Source: Sphaerodactylus townsendi
Lineage: Eukaryota
Reading direction: 5' to 3'
NCBI RefSeq assembly: GCF_021028975.2
Contig: NC_059437.1
Location: 37,448,001 to 37,512,000, forward strand
Length of the DNA stretch: 64,000 nucleotides
Position 1 is the first letter of the stretch, and each line of letters opens with the position of its first letter. The position numbers and the translations under genes were made by a program. Positions 45,301 to 58,605 of this stretch are shown in pieces. The notes below the pieces were generated by a model. The model searched no databases. It was not told the DNA's origin and was given only the letters and a program-made list of their open reading frames with translations.

Positions 45301-48260
45301 ATTTTTTATTGGAAAATTAATATTGTTCTTTGTAGGTACGCCCACACAAAGGTTTCATGTGTTCTTATTAACTATCCTCTGACAATTCTCAAATGAAAAT
45401 AAGAGGGGATCTTTAGCCTGTGTCAATGGATGTCTATCTGGATTAATTAATCTGGAGCAAAAGCATGGGTCAGGTGGGGATTTGTGTATGGCCTGAAGGC
45501 CGAAGCAGTTCTGTTATAGTTGAGCCATCTCTGTTCCAAGGTTGAAGGGCCTAACTGGCAACTCTGCAGCTGCTTCCTTCTCTAGGCCCTCCAGACTGCT
45601 TTCTAGGCAAGCGGGAAGGAAGGCCCTTGTGCTGAGCAGGTGAGGGAATTTCTGCTTTTTGGTCTAAAGCTTACTGTACACCACTCGCCCCCAGGCTGGG
45701 TTTTTGGAGGGGAGAGGAGAGACGGGCTTCTCCTGCTCCATGTTTGTTTTAGGAATCCAAGGAGCGAGGCCTAAGGGGAGGCAGTGAGAGAAATGGGCGC
45801 ATGCAGTAAAACTGTTAGCCGGGGTCCATGACAAATGTGGTCTGCTGGGGTGAAGAGGGCAAGTGTTGTGACCTGTAGAGATTTGTGTTAGGAGTCAATG
45901 CAGGAGAGGTGATTTAATTTTCTAATGTCAGTTTCCTGGGACACCAAGAAGGCCTTGAACACCTTCCTGAGTGAAGGAACAGGGAAGGGAGGAACAGTTT
46001 GACAGGCCTGATGCCAGATTCCTATCAATACCCCAGGATCAGGGGTAATTGTTTTCAACCAGCTTTTCCAACTTGTGATCTATCTTCAGCGTCATGATAA
46101 AATACATGTACATTTTTCCACATCTCACCCCCATTCTTTTTCTTCACTTAAAACACACACAGCTCTAAAGAAACAAAACAATATCGGTGTATCATGACCG
46201 AGGCTTGCTATGGGTCAGAGTATGACCTACTTGTAGGTCCTGCTGATGTCTGAAGTTATAAACAGAGGGTCTTTTTTTTTGGCCCACCACAGCAACCATC
46301 ACAAGTGATTCTGCCCCCCCACCCCAGCCCCCAAAGAGCAAACCTAAATGAATTGTGCTTCTTAAGCAGAGTGTGTAAAGTGGATGATGGAGGAACCTAT
46401 GCACTTGTACATTAAGAAATTTCCCTCCACTTAACATTTATTTCCTGTACTGTATATTTTTAATCAGTTTTTTACTATTGTTGTACAGTTGTCTATGCCA
46501 ATAAAGGCTTGCTTTATTGAAAAATATTAAGAAAATGGTAAAAATATAAGCAATCTCAACAGGGCCATGTCCTGCCATAATAAGTCTAGAATTAGGCTGC
46601 TGCTGATGAATCAAGTTTAAGAGAATAGAAATTTGTTTGACAGAGGCTTTGCTTGTACACCTCAGGTTTATTAATGTATTCACATGCTGATGTCCTGCTT
46701 TTCTCGCTAAGGGGAGCCCGAATCACCAACTGTTCCGCACTTTCATTATATTCTCAAAGCAATAACCCTGTCCGATAGTTTAGGTTGAGAGTGAGTGACT
46801 GGCCCAAAGTCACCGGCAAGCTTTCATGACAAATGGGGATGCGGATCTGTGTCCCAGATTCTAGTGTAGGAGCCAGAACCTGCCACAAAACGATTGCCAC
46901 AGCTTAACTTTTGTAACACGGTGAAGATCCTTGTGCTGTGGTGGCAACTGCTGCCAAAGCAACATTTTTAAAAAATCTGTACAGCCAATCAACTCTCCAC
47001 TAGTCAGTGAAAAGCCTTGCTGGACAAAAACCCTACCTAGCCCTGTCCATTTCCTAAAAATACTTGTTGGGCACCATGACTCATTTCCTCAAGGGGGAGA
47101 CAGAAAGACATCCATTAAATCCTAAACTATAAACCACCCATGGCTTCCTGAGATGGTGGTTGGAAGCATAAAGCAGCATAAAGACCACATAGCAACTCCA
47201 ATGTAAACTAAGGAATGGCTGTGTAAACACTGAGCTACCAACTTTCATTATCTCTTAGCTGAGTGTTATCTGTTGTCAGAACTTGGAGACAGAAGAAAGA
47301 AAGGGACTGTGTGGAAATACATTGGAATCATCCTTGCTGTAGCTTATGAATAAATTGGCATGTGGACATTGACCTTCCACAGAATTTTTTCCATGCCAAA
47401 GCTAGCCAGCAAGATGATAGGTAGGCAGCACCATGCCTACCGTGAAATCTATATAATAAAGAGAGAGAGAGAAAAACAGAGACTGGAAATATGAAGTGGC
47501 TTGGCCATTCGGAGGACTCATCTCTTTCTCCTGGGTACTGAATTTATGATGCATGGATGTGTAAAAATTAGACCCAAACAAACCCCTTTGCAAACACAAA
47601 TATTAGTTTTAATATTTTTTTTAAACACCCTCAGGTTGTACCATGCCAATTTAAGGGTATACATGGAGATTTAGACTCTACCAAAGCAGGGATGGGAAGA
47701 AGAACCCCATGCTATCCATCACAGAGGGGGGTGTAGGATAAAACTGGAGGGGGCGGTGCCAAGAAAGAGCAGTCATCCTCACCCATTCTGGGAAAGGATT
47801 GAAGAGGCATATGAACATGTTTCAAAGGACAGGGGAATCTATAAAATGGAGAAGGCAGGATGGATTCTTCTATCCCTCTGATAGACAAAAACTACTTTAA
47901 ATTGGTAGATTCAGTGCACATAAGAAAATAGGAGTGGAGAGATGGGGAATTCGATGCTTAAAAGGATGAGAAAATAGTTTAAGTGTAACAGCACATTGGC
48001 ATATCAGTATTTCAACTGCCAGTGAAGCTTTAAAAAAAATAAAGGCTTCTCATGAGAAATGGAGAAAGAGATGTGTGGACAGGAAAAAGAATGCTTTGTG
48101 AGCAGGATTTTAGAGAATGCAGCAATCTACTCAGACTCAGTACATGTGTTTTTTTTAGAAACACTGGTGCAAAGGTGGTTTGAAATCAGCCATGATCACA
48201 GACATGAGATGATGTATATAAAGTGCGGGAGAAGATGTGGTTAAAAAGCTAAGCTGGAGG

Positions 48261-48861
48261 TAGAGTTGCCAACTCTGGGTTGGGAAATACCTGGAGCTTT
48301 TGGACGTGGAATCATAGAATCATAAAGTTGGAAGAGACCCCAAGGGCCATCAAGTCCAACCCCTGCAATGCAGGGACACAGAACAAAAGACTCCACAACT
48401 CTCCGAGGCAGTGAATTCCACTGTCGAACAGCCCTGACAGTCAGAAAGTTCTTCCCAATGTTTAGGTGGAATCTCTTTTCCTGCACCTTGAATCCATTAC
48501 TCCGTGTCCTAGTCTCTGAGGCAGCAGAAAACAAGCTTGCTCCCTCTTCAACATGGCATCCCTTTAAATATTTTAACATAGCTATCATGTCCCCCTTTAA
48601 CCTTTGCTTCTCCAGACTAAATATCTTCAGCTCCCTAAGCCTCTCTTCGTAGGGCATGGACTCCAGACCTTTTACTTGGGGAAGCTTGTTGGAGCTTGTG
48701 GAAGACAGGGTTCAAAGACAGGAGCAACTTCAGCAGGGCATAATACCTTAGAGTCCACCTGCCAAAACAGCCATTTTCTCCAGAGGGACTTTTCTTGGTT
48801 GGCTGGAGATCAATTGTAATATAGGTGATCTCCATGTGCCACCTTGAGGTTGGCATCCCTA
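48261..48861. mobile_element. TAGGGTTGCCA-ended MITE (hAT-Blackjack-like) with nested CR1
   Basis: Ends tagagttgccaac and gttggcatcccta. Interior interrupted at ~48309-48670. Confidence 0.75.
48309..48670 (-). mobile_element. CR1 LINE 3' fragment
   Basis: PYEERLRELKIFSLEKQRLKGDMIAMLKYLKGCHVEEGASLFS..RTRSNGFK..RFHLNI.KNFLTVRAVRQWNSLP, (gaatcata)n tail. Confidence 0.92.
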
Positions 48862-49650
48862 GTAATAAGTTCATGCAGCAAAGGCTATACTCTGCAGTGA
48901 AATACAGCATTAGCTCCTTGGCCAATGGGACAGTAATCCTAGCCTGCAAATAACTATCATGTTGTCGCCTTTAAAATCATCAGCTACAACTTAAAGCTGA
49001 CAGGCCAAAGCCCAGTCTAGCGCTAACCACACAATGCCCCTTATTCTGTAACACAAGAGATGGGGGGATGCACTAGGCAGTCCATGAGGATGGGAGCAGG
49101 GCTCTGCTTCTACCATGCGTCCAGAAAGAGCCTTCTCTTTTCACTCCCATCATGCTGGTTGCTGGGAGCAAAGGAAACAGAGAACTGTCTCTCCAGTGGT
49201 CCACGTCTCTTGACTGCTATCTAAAGAGACAATTTGTTTCCCCTGAACAAAACTCTAGTCTCTACAGGCTTAAGAGTTCAGTAAAGAGCTTCCTTGAGGC
49301 TTCATTCAGACTACAGATGGCCATGCCCACACAATGATGTATTGGCCCACATGGCAGACTGCACTGCTCCATGGCTTCTGAATTCTAGTCAGCCTTAAAT
49401 GCATTTTGGCACGCTTAATGTAATTAGTTAAAGGCATTCTGAATATGCTCAAAAACACTTTGAAGGCTGAGATGTGAAAATGAAAATAGGTTCAAGGTTG
49501 TACTGTGGCAAAACATGCAGAAATACATAACCATAGCAACCCTTTACAATACATTGTGGTCTGCAAAATTCTTTATGGGACTACATACTGAACCACAGGG
49601 TGTGTTTCACCTACCTTTAAACTGCAGGTTACAATTAGTTTTAGTCAGCC

Positions 49651-51131
49651 AGAACATAAGAAAGAGCCTGCCGGATCAGACCAGAGTCCAGCACTCTGCT
49701 ACTCGCAGTGGCCCACTAGGTGCCTTTGGGAGCTCACATGCAGGAGGTGAAAGCAATGGCCTTCTGCTGCTGCTGCTCCTGAGCACCTGGTCTGCTAAGG
49801 CATTTGCAATCTCAGATCAAGAAGGATCAAGATTGGTAGCCAGAGATCGACTTCTCCTCCATAAATCTGTCCAAGCCCCTTTTAAAGCTATCCAGGTTAG
49901 TAGCCATCACCACCTCCTGTGGCAGCATATTCCAAACACCAATCACACGTTGCGTGAAGAAGTGTTTCCTTTTATTAGTCCTAATTCTTCCCCCCAGCAT
50001 TTTCAATGTATGCCCCCTGGTTCTAGTATTGTGAGAAAGAGAGAAAAATTTATCTCATCCGGCAACATTTTCTAAGCACCATGCATAATTTTATAGATCT
50101 CTCAATCATATCCCCCCTCAGACGTCTCCTCTCCAAACTAAAGAGTCCCAAACGCTGCAGCCTCTCCTCATAAGGAAGGTGCTCCAGTCCGTCAATCATC
50201 CTTGTTGCCCTTCTCTGCACTTTTTCTAACTCTTCAATATCGCTTTCAGATGTCGTATGCGGCCAGAACTGAACACCGTACTCCAAAGTGCGGTCACATT
50301 CACTGCTTTATATATGGGGCATGACAATCTTTTGCAGACGGATTTTATTACGTCAATTCCTTTTCCTAATGATCCCCAACGCATAGAGTTTGCCTTCTTT
50401 CACAGCTGCCATGCATTGAGTTGACATTCCCATGGAACTATCAACTAAGCAGCCCCAAATCCCGCTTTCCTGAATGTCTCAGGACCCTGATAGCACTGAC
50501 CCCCTGTGGCGTGTATGTGAAGTTTGGATTTTTTGCCCCTATGTGCATCCAATTTTACATTTAGCTACATTGAACTGCATTTAAGCCATTTTCTTAGCCC
50601 AATCACCCACTTATCAAGGTCCGCTTTGGAGCTCTTTGCAATCCTTTCGCCGGCTTCTCACCAATCCCTACATAATTTGCAGATCATCTGCAAACTTGGC
50701 CACCACACTACCCACCCCTACTTCCAGGTCATTTATGAATAGGTTAAAGAGCACTGGTCCCAAAAGCGGATCCTTGGGGGACACCACTCCCTACATCTCT
50801 CCATTGTGAGAACTTTCCCATTTGTACACCCACTCCCTTTACTTCCTGTTTCTCCAACCAGTTTTTAAATCCATAAGAGAGGACTTCCCCTCTTATTCCT
50901 TTTGATTGCTGAGTTTTCTCAATAGTCTCTGGTGAGGAACTTTGTCAAAAGCCTTTTGGAAATCCAAGTAGACAATGTCCACTGGTTCCTCCTTATCCAC
51001 ATGCCTGTTTACACCCTCAAAGAACTCTAGTAAGTTTGTAAGACAGGATTTGCCTCTGCAAAAGCCATGCTGACTCTTTCTCAGCAGGTCTTGCTTTTCT
51101 ACATGTTTTATAATTTTATCTTTAATGATAG
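49651..51131 (-). mobile_element. CR1 LINE, ~1.5 kb 5'-truncated
   Basis: RT motifs [67 protein letters not shown]; aagaacat tail. Confidence 0.93.
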
Positions 51132-51673
51132 GAAGTCAAAGTCCCCGCACCTAGGGAATTCTGAATTCCTGTGACAGATTTAAGCAAGTGCTAAAATAAT
51201 GGAAATCAATGCAATTTCAAAATGTTTGAGTAGATCACACTCTGAGATGTTTATTCTTAAACAATTAGTTTCCCTTCTCACTTTAATAGTCCTATGTACT
51301 CAAATAAACCCATTGAAATTACATTTTGTTTTGCTGTACCAAGATGGAGGTTTTGTGTCTGATATTTTGTGTCTGATGATGTTAATGTAGAAAAGTGCAA
51401 AGTGCAGTGCCAACATAGAACAACAGCACACAGAACAAGCACTTGAGAGACAATCCTTTATTCCTATGAATAATACCTCATATTACTTAATTCCTATATA
51501 GTTGTATATAGTTGTGTATCACCTGTATTGTTTACTGAATTGTTTTGGATTTTGGCCAGTGGGCATAGTGAAATAGTTGTTGTCTACATCCTTCACATTG
51601 CCCACACTGTTGTGCTTGTATCTAATTTTGTTTGAACAGTCACAATCAGAATTGCTTTGCTAGATCATCCATT

Positions 51674-52220
51674 GGATGGAGGGCCATCAAATCTAGCACC
51701 CTGTCTGGTAAAACAGGATGGAGGGCCATCAAATCTAGCACCCTGTCTCGACAAAACCACAGGATGGAGGCCATCGAATCCCTGCTTGCCCTGTCTGAAA
51801 CAGGATGGAGGCCATCAAATCCTGACACCCTGTCTGGTAAGAAACAGGATGGAGAGCCATCGAATCTGCTTTTCTGGTAAAACAGGATGGAGGGCCATCA
51901 AATCTAGCACCCTGTCTGGTAAAACAGGATGGAGGGCCATCAAATCTAGCACCCTGTCTGGTAAAACAGGATGGAGGGCCATCGAATCTAGCACCCTGTC
52001 TGGTAAAACAGGATGGAGGGCCATCAAATCTAGCACCCTGTCTGGTGAAACAGGATGGAGGGCCATCGAATCTAGCACCCTGTCTGGTACAACAGGATGG
52101 AGGGCCATCGAATCTAGCACCCTGTCTGGTACAACAGGATGGAGGGCCATCGAATCTAGCACCCTGTCTGGTAAAACAGGATGGAGGGCCATCGAATCTA
52201 GCACCCTGTCTGGTAAAACA
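51674..52220. repeat. 42-bp minisatellite, ~13 copies
   Basis: Unit aaacaggatggagggccatc(a/g)aatctagcaccctgtctggta. Right-hand ~8 copies are nearly identical. Confidence 0.95.
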
Positions 52221-54574
52221 GTCAACTAGATGTGCTGGCTCACAAAAAGGGCATGGAGGTGAGGGTCTTCCCCTTCTGTTCATGCCCAGCACTATTGCCT
52301 CTGCACACACCGGGTTCTTAAGCTACAACAGCTAAAAACTGGCGAGAGGCTTACCTTCCCTTTTACTAGCCACCATTTCATTCAATGGCAGTGAATTTCA
52401 TAAGCTAACTGCACACTGTGAAATAACGTACTATCTTATAAAGTCTCTTACACCCAGCCCCAAGGAATTATTTTATTACAGTCTCAGCCTAGGTAGAAAT
52501 CCACAACAGCTATAAAGTGAAAATCTGCCACACTCAAGCTGATTGTACCTGCTCTGGAGCTCCTTCCGCGGTAGGCAGGCGCTAGGCAGGGCTAAGGAAC
52601 TGCTGGATTTTGCTGTACTTAGCAAGAGAAACAGGGGAAAGGAAAGCACTGATGCTAGAGACAATGTCTTTGTTGAGAGCAGTGCTGCAGATGGATACAA
52701 ACAGTTGTGTTGTTCTCCTAGCTGGCTCGGGAGGGTTGTGAATGAATTCTCTGTTGCTGAAAGTGGGAGGAGAGACAAAGCGGGAGAGTCAGCTAGGGTG
52801 GCAGCAGCAGGAGCTCAGTCACTGAACATTTTCCTCCAGTGAGGTGGTGGGAGGGCCCCACAGGGGAGAGAGCCAGCAGCTGTAGTGGCCAGGTAGAGAA
52901 CCTCCAGCCTTTTGCCTTTGTGGCCCACAGGTGATGGCATGAAGAAGCCGACCGAGTACACCGCTATAGGGATAGAGCCCGCCGTTGCAGTTCTACATCA
53001 GAAGAGGCTGTTCCATGTCGGAGAAGCATCCCAAAGCTTTTCTTGCACGTTCGGCTTTTGCACAGAGAGTGCAAAGGAAAAAAGAGAAGAGCTGCAGAAA
53101 GGAGCTTAAGTCACAGGAAAGGTGAAGTACAAATTAAGGACTTTGATTAGTTCACAGGAACAGTTGAACAGGTAGAACATGTGGAAAGGCTTGGCTAGTG
53201 GATTAGTGTGTGTGATTGTGTGTTGGAGGGGGAAAGGACGCTGAGTTGATGAAGTGCGTGCATACATGTGTAGGTACCAAGTGTACTTTCTAATACCTGC
53301 CTCTAATCTCACAGGTAGGGGGAAGGAATTCAGCTGTATTTATTTACTACCAGGGAAAAGTTACACTATACACGTTCAGCAATATTTTTCACTCTTTTGT
53401 TGTTACTTAACATATTCAATGGGACGTGTTAAGGGCAAGTTCTAGAGCTAAGCCCTGCTCGATTTGGGCTCAAACTCAGCACTCAGTTTATGTGTCACAG
53501 TGACTTAACGCAGCAGATAGTTAACTGCTGTGTTAGCCTGCAGTTTTAAAGATTGGCCAAAGTATTGTGACAGAAATACTTAATATGAGATAGACAAACC
53601 CATCTTACTTCAGGAAAGACATCTTACTTTGCAAACTCATCAGTAATGGGGAGGACTGCTTCTTATTTGGCCAGATCTTGTTTCATCAATCCTCTACAAT
53701 GTAATATAATAGCTATATATCCTGTGATATTGGGCATTCCTTCTCCTCCTGTTTGAAGCTGGTTTGTGTATGGGTGTTTGCTAAATGAAAGCATTTGACA
53801 AAGTAGGCTTTACTCAAAAAAGTTTCTGCCACGATACCTCTGTTACTCTATAAGATACCATAAGATTCTTTGATATCTCTGAGTGTGAATATTCCTTCAT
53901 TTGAATTTGAATTTTTCCATGTGTTAAACACCCCAGGCTAATTAATGTGCTTAAAGTAATGATTAAAATGAATGCCTCAAATATAAAAACTAACAAATCC
54001 AAAACAAACTGGCTTGATGGAATTAGGGAAGGTTTGGGTGTGTGAGAGACTCGGTTTCGAGGCTAAGAAGCTTGATTCTCAGCCCCCTTTACTTGAGAGC
54101 ATTAACAGGTTAATGACAAGTGTTTATCCTTGAAAATGTCCTTGCTGATGCTCATAGCCCTTGAAATTAGCTACTATGTTGGTGTAAAATCATGGGGTTT
54201 CGTTTGGGAGATTGTGATCATGCCTGAGATTGTGCTTGTGAGTAAGGAATGAGGAGCATGCTAAACGTTTCTGACATTTGTTTCTGCCCCTCTTAGATAT
54301 CTTCAGTCTGTCAATATGCATGCCTGGTGGGGCGTAGTGTTGATTGCCACATGCAGTGAAGAGAATATTGTAAACCACATGTTAACATGTGAAGTCTTGG
54401 GACCCTCTCTAGCTATACACAGTTACTTCCTCCCCTCATGCTGGATTGTGTTAATTATTAACCTACATGTTGTGAACAAAATCAAAACAGAGAGTGTGCA
54501 GTATGAAGGTGTGCCTGAGAGAGAGTGTTCGCCCAGGCTTCAAGCCTGAAAATCCAGATGATCAGATCTGGGGG

Positions 54575-54765
54575 TAGGGTCGCCAACACTGGGTTGGAGA
54601 ATTCCAGGAGGTTTGAGGGTGGAGCCAGGGTGGGGGTTGTGAGGGACCTTAGCAGGATATAATGCCAGACATAGAACCTACTGTCCAAAGCAGCCATTTT
54701 CTCCTGAGTTACTGCTCTTTGTAGTCTGGAGATCAGTTGTAATTCTGGGAGGCCCCATGGACTAG
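54575..54765. mobile_element. TAGGGTTGCCA-family MITE
   Basis: tagggtcgccaac...aattccaggaggttt...ccaaagcagccattttctcc...tctggagatcagttgtaattctggga. Confidence 0.75.
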
Positions 54766-54810
54766 CAAGAAAACTCCCATTTACCCAATATATTTGGGAG
54801 TGAGCAATTG

Positions 54811-56318
54811 AGAGGCGTATCTAGGCAAACTGGAGCCCAGGGGACAAAACCTGAGTTTGACGCCCCCCCGTATGGGCGGCCACCCTCCCGCACCATGACC
54901 AAACAATGACTTTTTGCACCAGCTCACAAAATACCTCCCACCCCCAGCAAAACATACATGGCTCTCTCCCCACCAATTCTCTTTCCTAATTTTGTCTTCA
55001 CACCAACCCTGTGAGGTAAGTTATTAGCCTAAGAAACAGTTCCAAGCCAGTGCAAGTGGGTATTAAGCATGTAAATCTCTCACAAACCACCCCCTAAAAA
55101 AAACATTTACTCAAACCGAATGTCAGCAGCATCTCTCACAAATCACCCACCTCCACCCCCAGCAAAACATACATGGCTCTCTCCCCACCAATTCTCTTTC
55201 CTAATTTTGTCTTCACACCAACCCTATGAGGTAAGTTATTAGCCTAAGAAACAGTTCCAAGCCAGTGCAAGTGGGTATTAAGCATGTAAATCTCTCACAA
55301 ACCACCCCCAGCAAAACATTTACCAAACGAAAGTCAGCATCATCTCTCACAAATCACCCACCTCCACCCCCAGCAAAACATACATGGCTCTCTCCCCACC
55401 AATTCTCTTTCCTAATTTTGTCTTCACACCAACCCTATGAGGTAAGTTATTAGCCTGAGAAACAGTTCCAAGCCAATGCAAGTGGGTATTAAGCATATAA
55501 ATCTCTCACAAACCACCCCCAGCAAAACATTTACCAAACGAATGTCAGCAGCATCTCTCACAAATCACCCACCTCCACCCCCAGCAAAACATATATGGCT
55601 TTCTCCCCACCAAATCTCTTTCCTAATTTTGTCCTCACACCAACCCTATGAGGTAGGTTAGCCTGAGAAACAGCTCCAAGCCAGTGCAAGTGGGTATTAA
55701 GCATGTAAATCTCTCACAAATCACCCCCAGCAAAACATTTACCAAACAAACGTCAGCAGCATCTCTCACAAAACACCTCCAGTGGAATCCACCCCCAAAC
55801 AGCATCACTTTCAAGTCCATGCCAAAGGGGGTGGATTTAAAAGGAGAATCTGGGGAAATTTGGAGGGTGCCTGCTGTCAGGGGTGCAATTGGTAAGCTAA
55901 CAGCACCAAAATTTCAGGGTATCTTTAGGAGACTCTCCTAGTGATACCACCCAGGTTTCCAGGAGCTTATTCAGGGGGTCTGTGCATGGACCCTCAAAGG
56001 TGTAGCCCCCATGTCCTTTTAGTTCTCATTGGAAACAATGGGGGATGGGGGCACCCCTTTTGGAAGTCCATAACTTTGGACCCCCTGAATCAAACCTCAC
56101 CTAACTTGGGTGGTATCATCAGGAGGGTCTACTGAAAAATCTCTGACATTTTGGTGCTGGTAGCCTAAAAACTGCACCCCCTGAAGGCCAAAAACTGAAA
56201 AAACACTAAAAAATACAAAACACACACAAATGAACTTGAAATTTTTGCACCACCCCCCCCACTAGGGGGTGCCCAGGGACATAGGGTACTCCATGTTCCC
56301 TAGGTAAATATGCCACTG
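54811..56318. mobile_element. ~1.5-kb non-autonomous hAT-like element with internal tandem array and hairpin
   Basis: Ends agaggcgtatctagg and cctaggtaaatatgccactg (CAGWGGCGTA-type TIR, as at 12172). gtgagca occurs on both flanks. Confidence 0.65.
54925..55775. repeat. ~211-bp tandem repeat, ~4 copies
   Basis: ctccacccccagcaaaacatacatggctctctcc... recurs near 54935, 55152, 55362 and 55573. Confidence 0.95.
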
Positions 56319-56340
56319 GTGAGCATTCTGTGTAGGCTCT

Positions 56341-56580
56341 GGGGTTGCCAGGTTCCCCCTGGCCACTGGCAGGGGCTGGATTATGGCTGCTACCTGCTGG
56401 TTAGGAAACTTTTGGAGATTTGGGGATGGAGCCTGGGGAGGGGAGGAACCTCAGTGGGGTACAGTGCCATAGAATCCTCCCTCAAAACCAGCCATTTTCT
56501 ACATGGATCTCTGTCGTCTGGATATGAGCTATAATTCCTGGGGAATTCCCAGGTCCCAGTTGGAGACTGGCATGCCTATA
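56341..56580. mobile_element. TAGGGTTGCCA-family MITE
   Basis: ggggttgccagg...ggagatttgggg.tggagcctggggag...ctggcatgccta. Confidence 0.7.
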
Positions 56581-56634
56581 AGGCTACCTATGAGTTCAAA
56601 ACAGTGGTGAGAGCAGTTCTGGAGACATTCTCCA

Positions 56635-56932
56635 GGAGCAGCAGTGGCGTAGGAGGTTAAGAGCTCGTGTATCTAATCTGGAGGAACCGGGTTTGATTCC
56701 CCGCTCTGCCGCCTGAGCTGTGGAGGCTTATCTGGGGAATTCAGATTAGCCTGTGCACTCCCACACACTTGGGGCCAAGTGACCTTGGGCTAGTCACAGC
56801 TTCTCGGAGCTCTCTCAGCCCCACCTACCTCACAGGGTGTTTGTTGTGAGGGGGGAAGGGCAAGGAGATTGTAAGCCCCTTTGAGTCTCCTACAGGAGAG
56901 AAAGATGTAAATCCAAACTCTTCTTCTTCTTC
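56635..56932 (+). mobile_element. Young Squam3-like SINE
   Basis: CpG-retaining head gcagtggcgtaggaggttaagag..ccgggtttgattccccgc, (ctt)n tail. Confidence 0.88.
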
Positions 56933-57007
56933 TAATGTGTACTAAACTCCTCTGTTGCTGGTTTGCTGGTCCACCAGAAAGGTGCTGGTACACAGGTGCC
57001 AGTACAC

Positions 57008-57135
57008 NNNNNNNNNNNNNNNNNNNNNNNNNNNNNNNNNNNNNNNNNNNNNNNNNNNNNNNNNNNNNNNNNNNNNNNNNNNNNNNNNNNNNNNNNNNNN
57101 NNNNNNNNNNNNNNNNNNNNNNNNNNNNNNNNNNN
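57008..57135. other. Assembly gap (128 N)
   Basis: Run of n. Confidence 1.
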
Positions 57136-57252
57136 CTAATCTGTAGGTTGGGTGATGATTACAACATGGCCTAAATGGGGTTGCCTTTGAAGATTGCTTG
57201 TAAACTTAAATTAGTTCAAAATACAATCACCCAGTTACTTATTAGAATAACC

Positions 57253-58190
57253 TTATTTATTTGTTTGTTTGTTTGTTTGAATTTATATACTGCCTTCCCC
57301 CTGAGGGCTCAGGGCGGTGTCCAACAGTCAAATACAGATATTTAAAATCCATAAAAAGCAATCAACCCCACTAAAATTAGGAACCAAAGAACATAATTTA
57401 CATAATTTCAGATAGCATTAAAAAATCCTCCCCGCCTTCCTTGCGCTCATGGGAAGCCAGATGTTCATTATAGCAGATTTTCGATGTTATCCCGGCTGGC
57501 CAAATGCCTGGCGGAACAGGTCTGTTCCCACAGGCCCTAAGGAAATTCTGTATGTCCTTCCCGGTGAGGGCCCTGATCTCACCTGGGAGCATGTTCCACC
57601 AGGTAGAGGCCAGCCAGATCTTTTTGTGGCCAGGGATCACCAGGAGGTCCGCCTCCAATGAGCGGAGGGGCCTAGCTGGGTGATATAGAGAGAGACGGTC
57701 CCGTAGATATGCTGGTCCAAGGCTGCGTATGGCTTTAAAGGTCAAAACCAAAACTTTAAACATGACCCGGTACTTGATCAGCAGCCTGTGCAGTTGATAC
57801 AGGACCGGTGTGATCCGGTCCCCTATAGATGTTCCTGAGAGGAGCCTGGCTGCCGCATTTTGCACGAGTTTTAATTTCCGGATCATGGCTAAAGGTAAGC
57901 ACGAGTATAGCGAGTTACAGTAGTCCAACCTGGAGATGACCGTGGCATGGATCACATGTCTTCCACAGGCGTATCTAGAGAAAATGGCACTTGGGGGCAA
58001 GCCCTGTCCAAACGCAACAGTGTAAGGCCTGGGGGGAGGTGTTCCTGCAGAATCCTGCAGACCCTGCCAGCCCAGACTCCTGTTGCCTCCAGAAGCCATC
58101 AGCTGCTGCCAGGAAGCCTGTTCCTCAATCTCCAGTACACTGCCCCTGCACATGGAAGCTCCATGTCTCTCTCATGGCCAAGACCAAACT
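57253..58190 (-). mobile_element. L2 LINE 3' portion
   Basis: VIHATVISRLDYCNSLYSCLPL..IRKLKLVQNAAARLL...HRL..KYRVMFKVLVLTFKAI..LGPAYLRDRLSLY.P.RPLRS; ccgccctgagccc...(aaac/aaat)n tail. Confidence 0.92.
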
Positions 58191-58605
58191 GCGGTCCCGG
58201 GAGCACAGCCCTCCAGGTGCCATATGCAGGACATTCTGGTCCTGACACTTAGAAACACCACTGATAAACAGAGACTTGGATTTCCTCATTCACTACAATC
58301 TCTAATAAGTCAACAGGACTCACCCTCCCCCCCTCCATAATCTTCCCCTTAAGTAGGTGCTCCACAAATACAAAGAAGTGAGCTATGAAACATAAAAGTC
58401 CATACTTAAACAAATGTTTATCTTTAAGGTGTCACTGAATTTTTGGTTTATTTTGCTGCAGCAGACTAGCACAACTACTTCTCTGCAATTACACTTAACA
58501 TAATAACTTTAGCAAGCTTAGTTCACAATGTACAATGCTTCAAGTCTATCTCCCTTTCTGTGAATGTTCCAAGTTGGAGAGCATGAACTGTGTGTTCCTG
58601 CATGC

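Noticed and set aside
50230-50900. Dense small indels in the middle of an otherwise well-preserved CR1
   Set aside because: The pattern suggests low-quality consensus sequence rather than biology.
51657-52335. Repeat-protein gene or CRISPR-like array
   Set aside because: Head-to-tail 42-bp units with no unique spacers, in a vertebrate genome. The ORFs follow from unit length.
57398-58153. 251-aa ORF as a host gene
   Set aside because: It is an L2 reverse-transcriptase C-terminal remnant.
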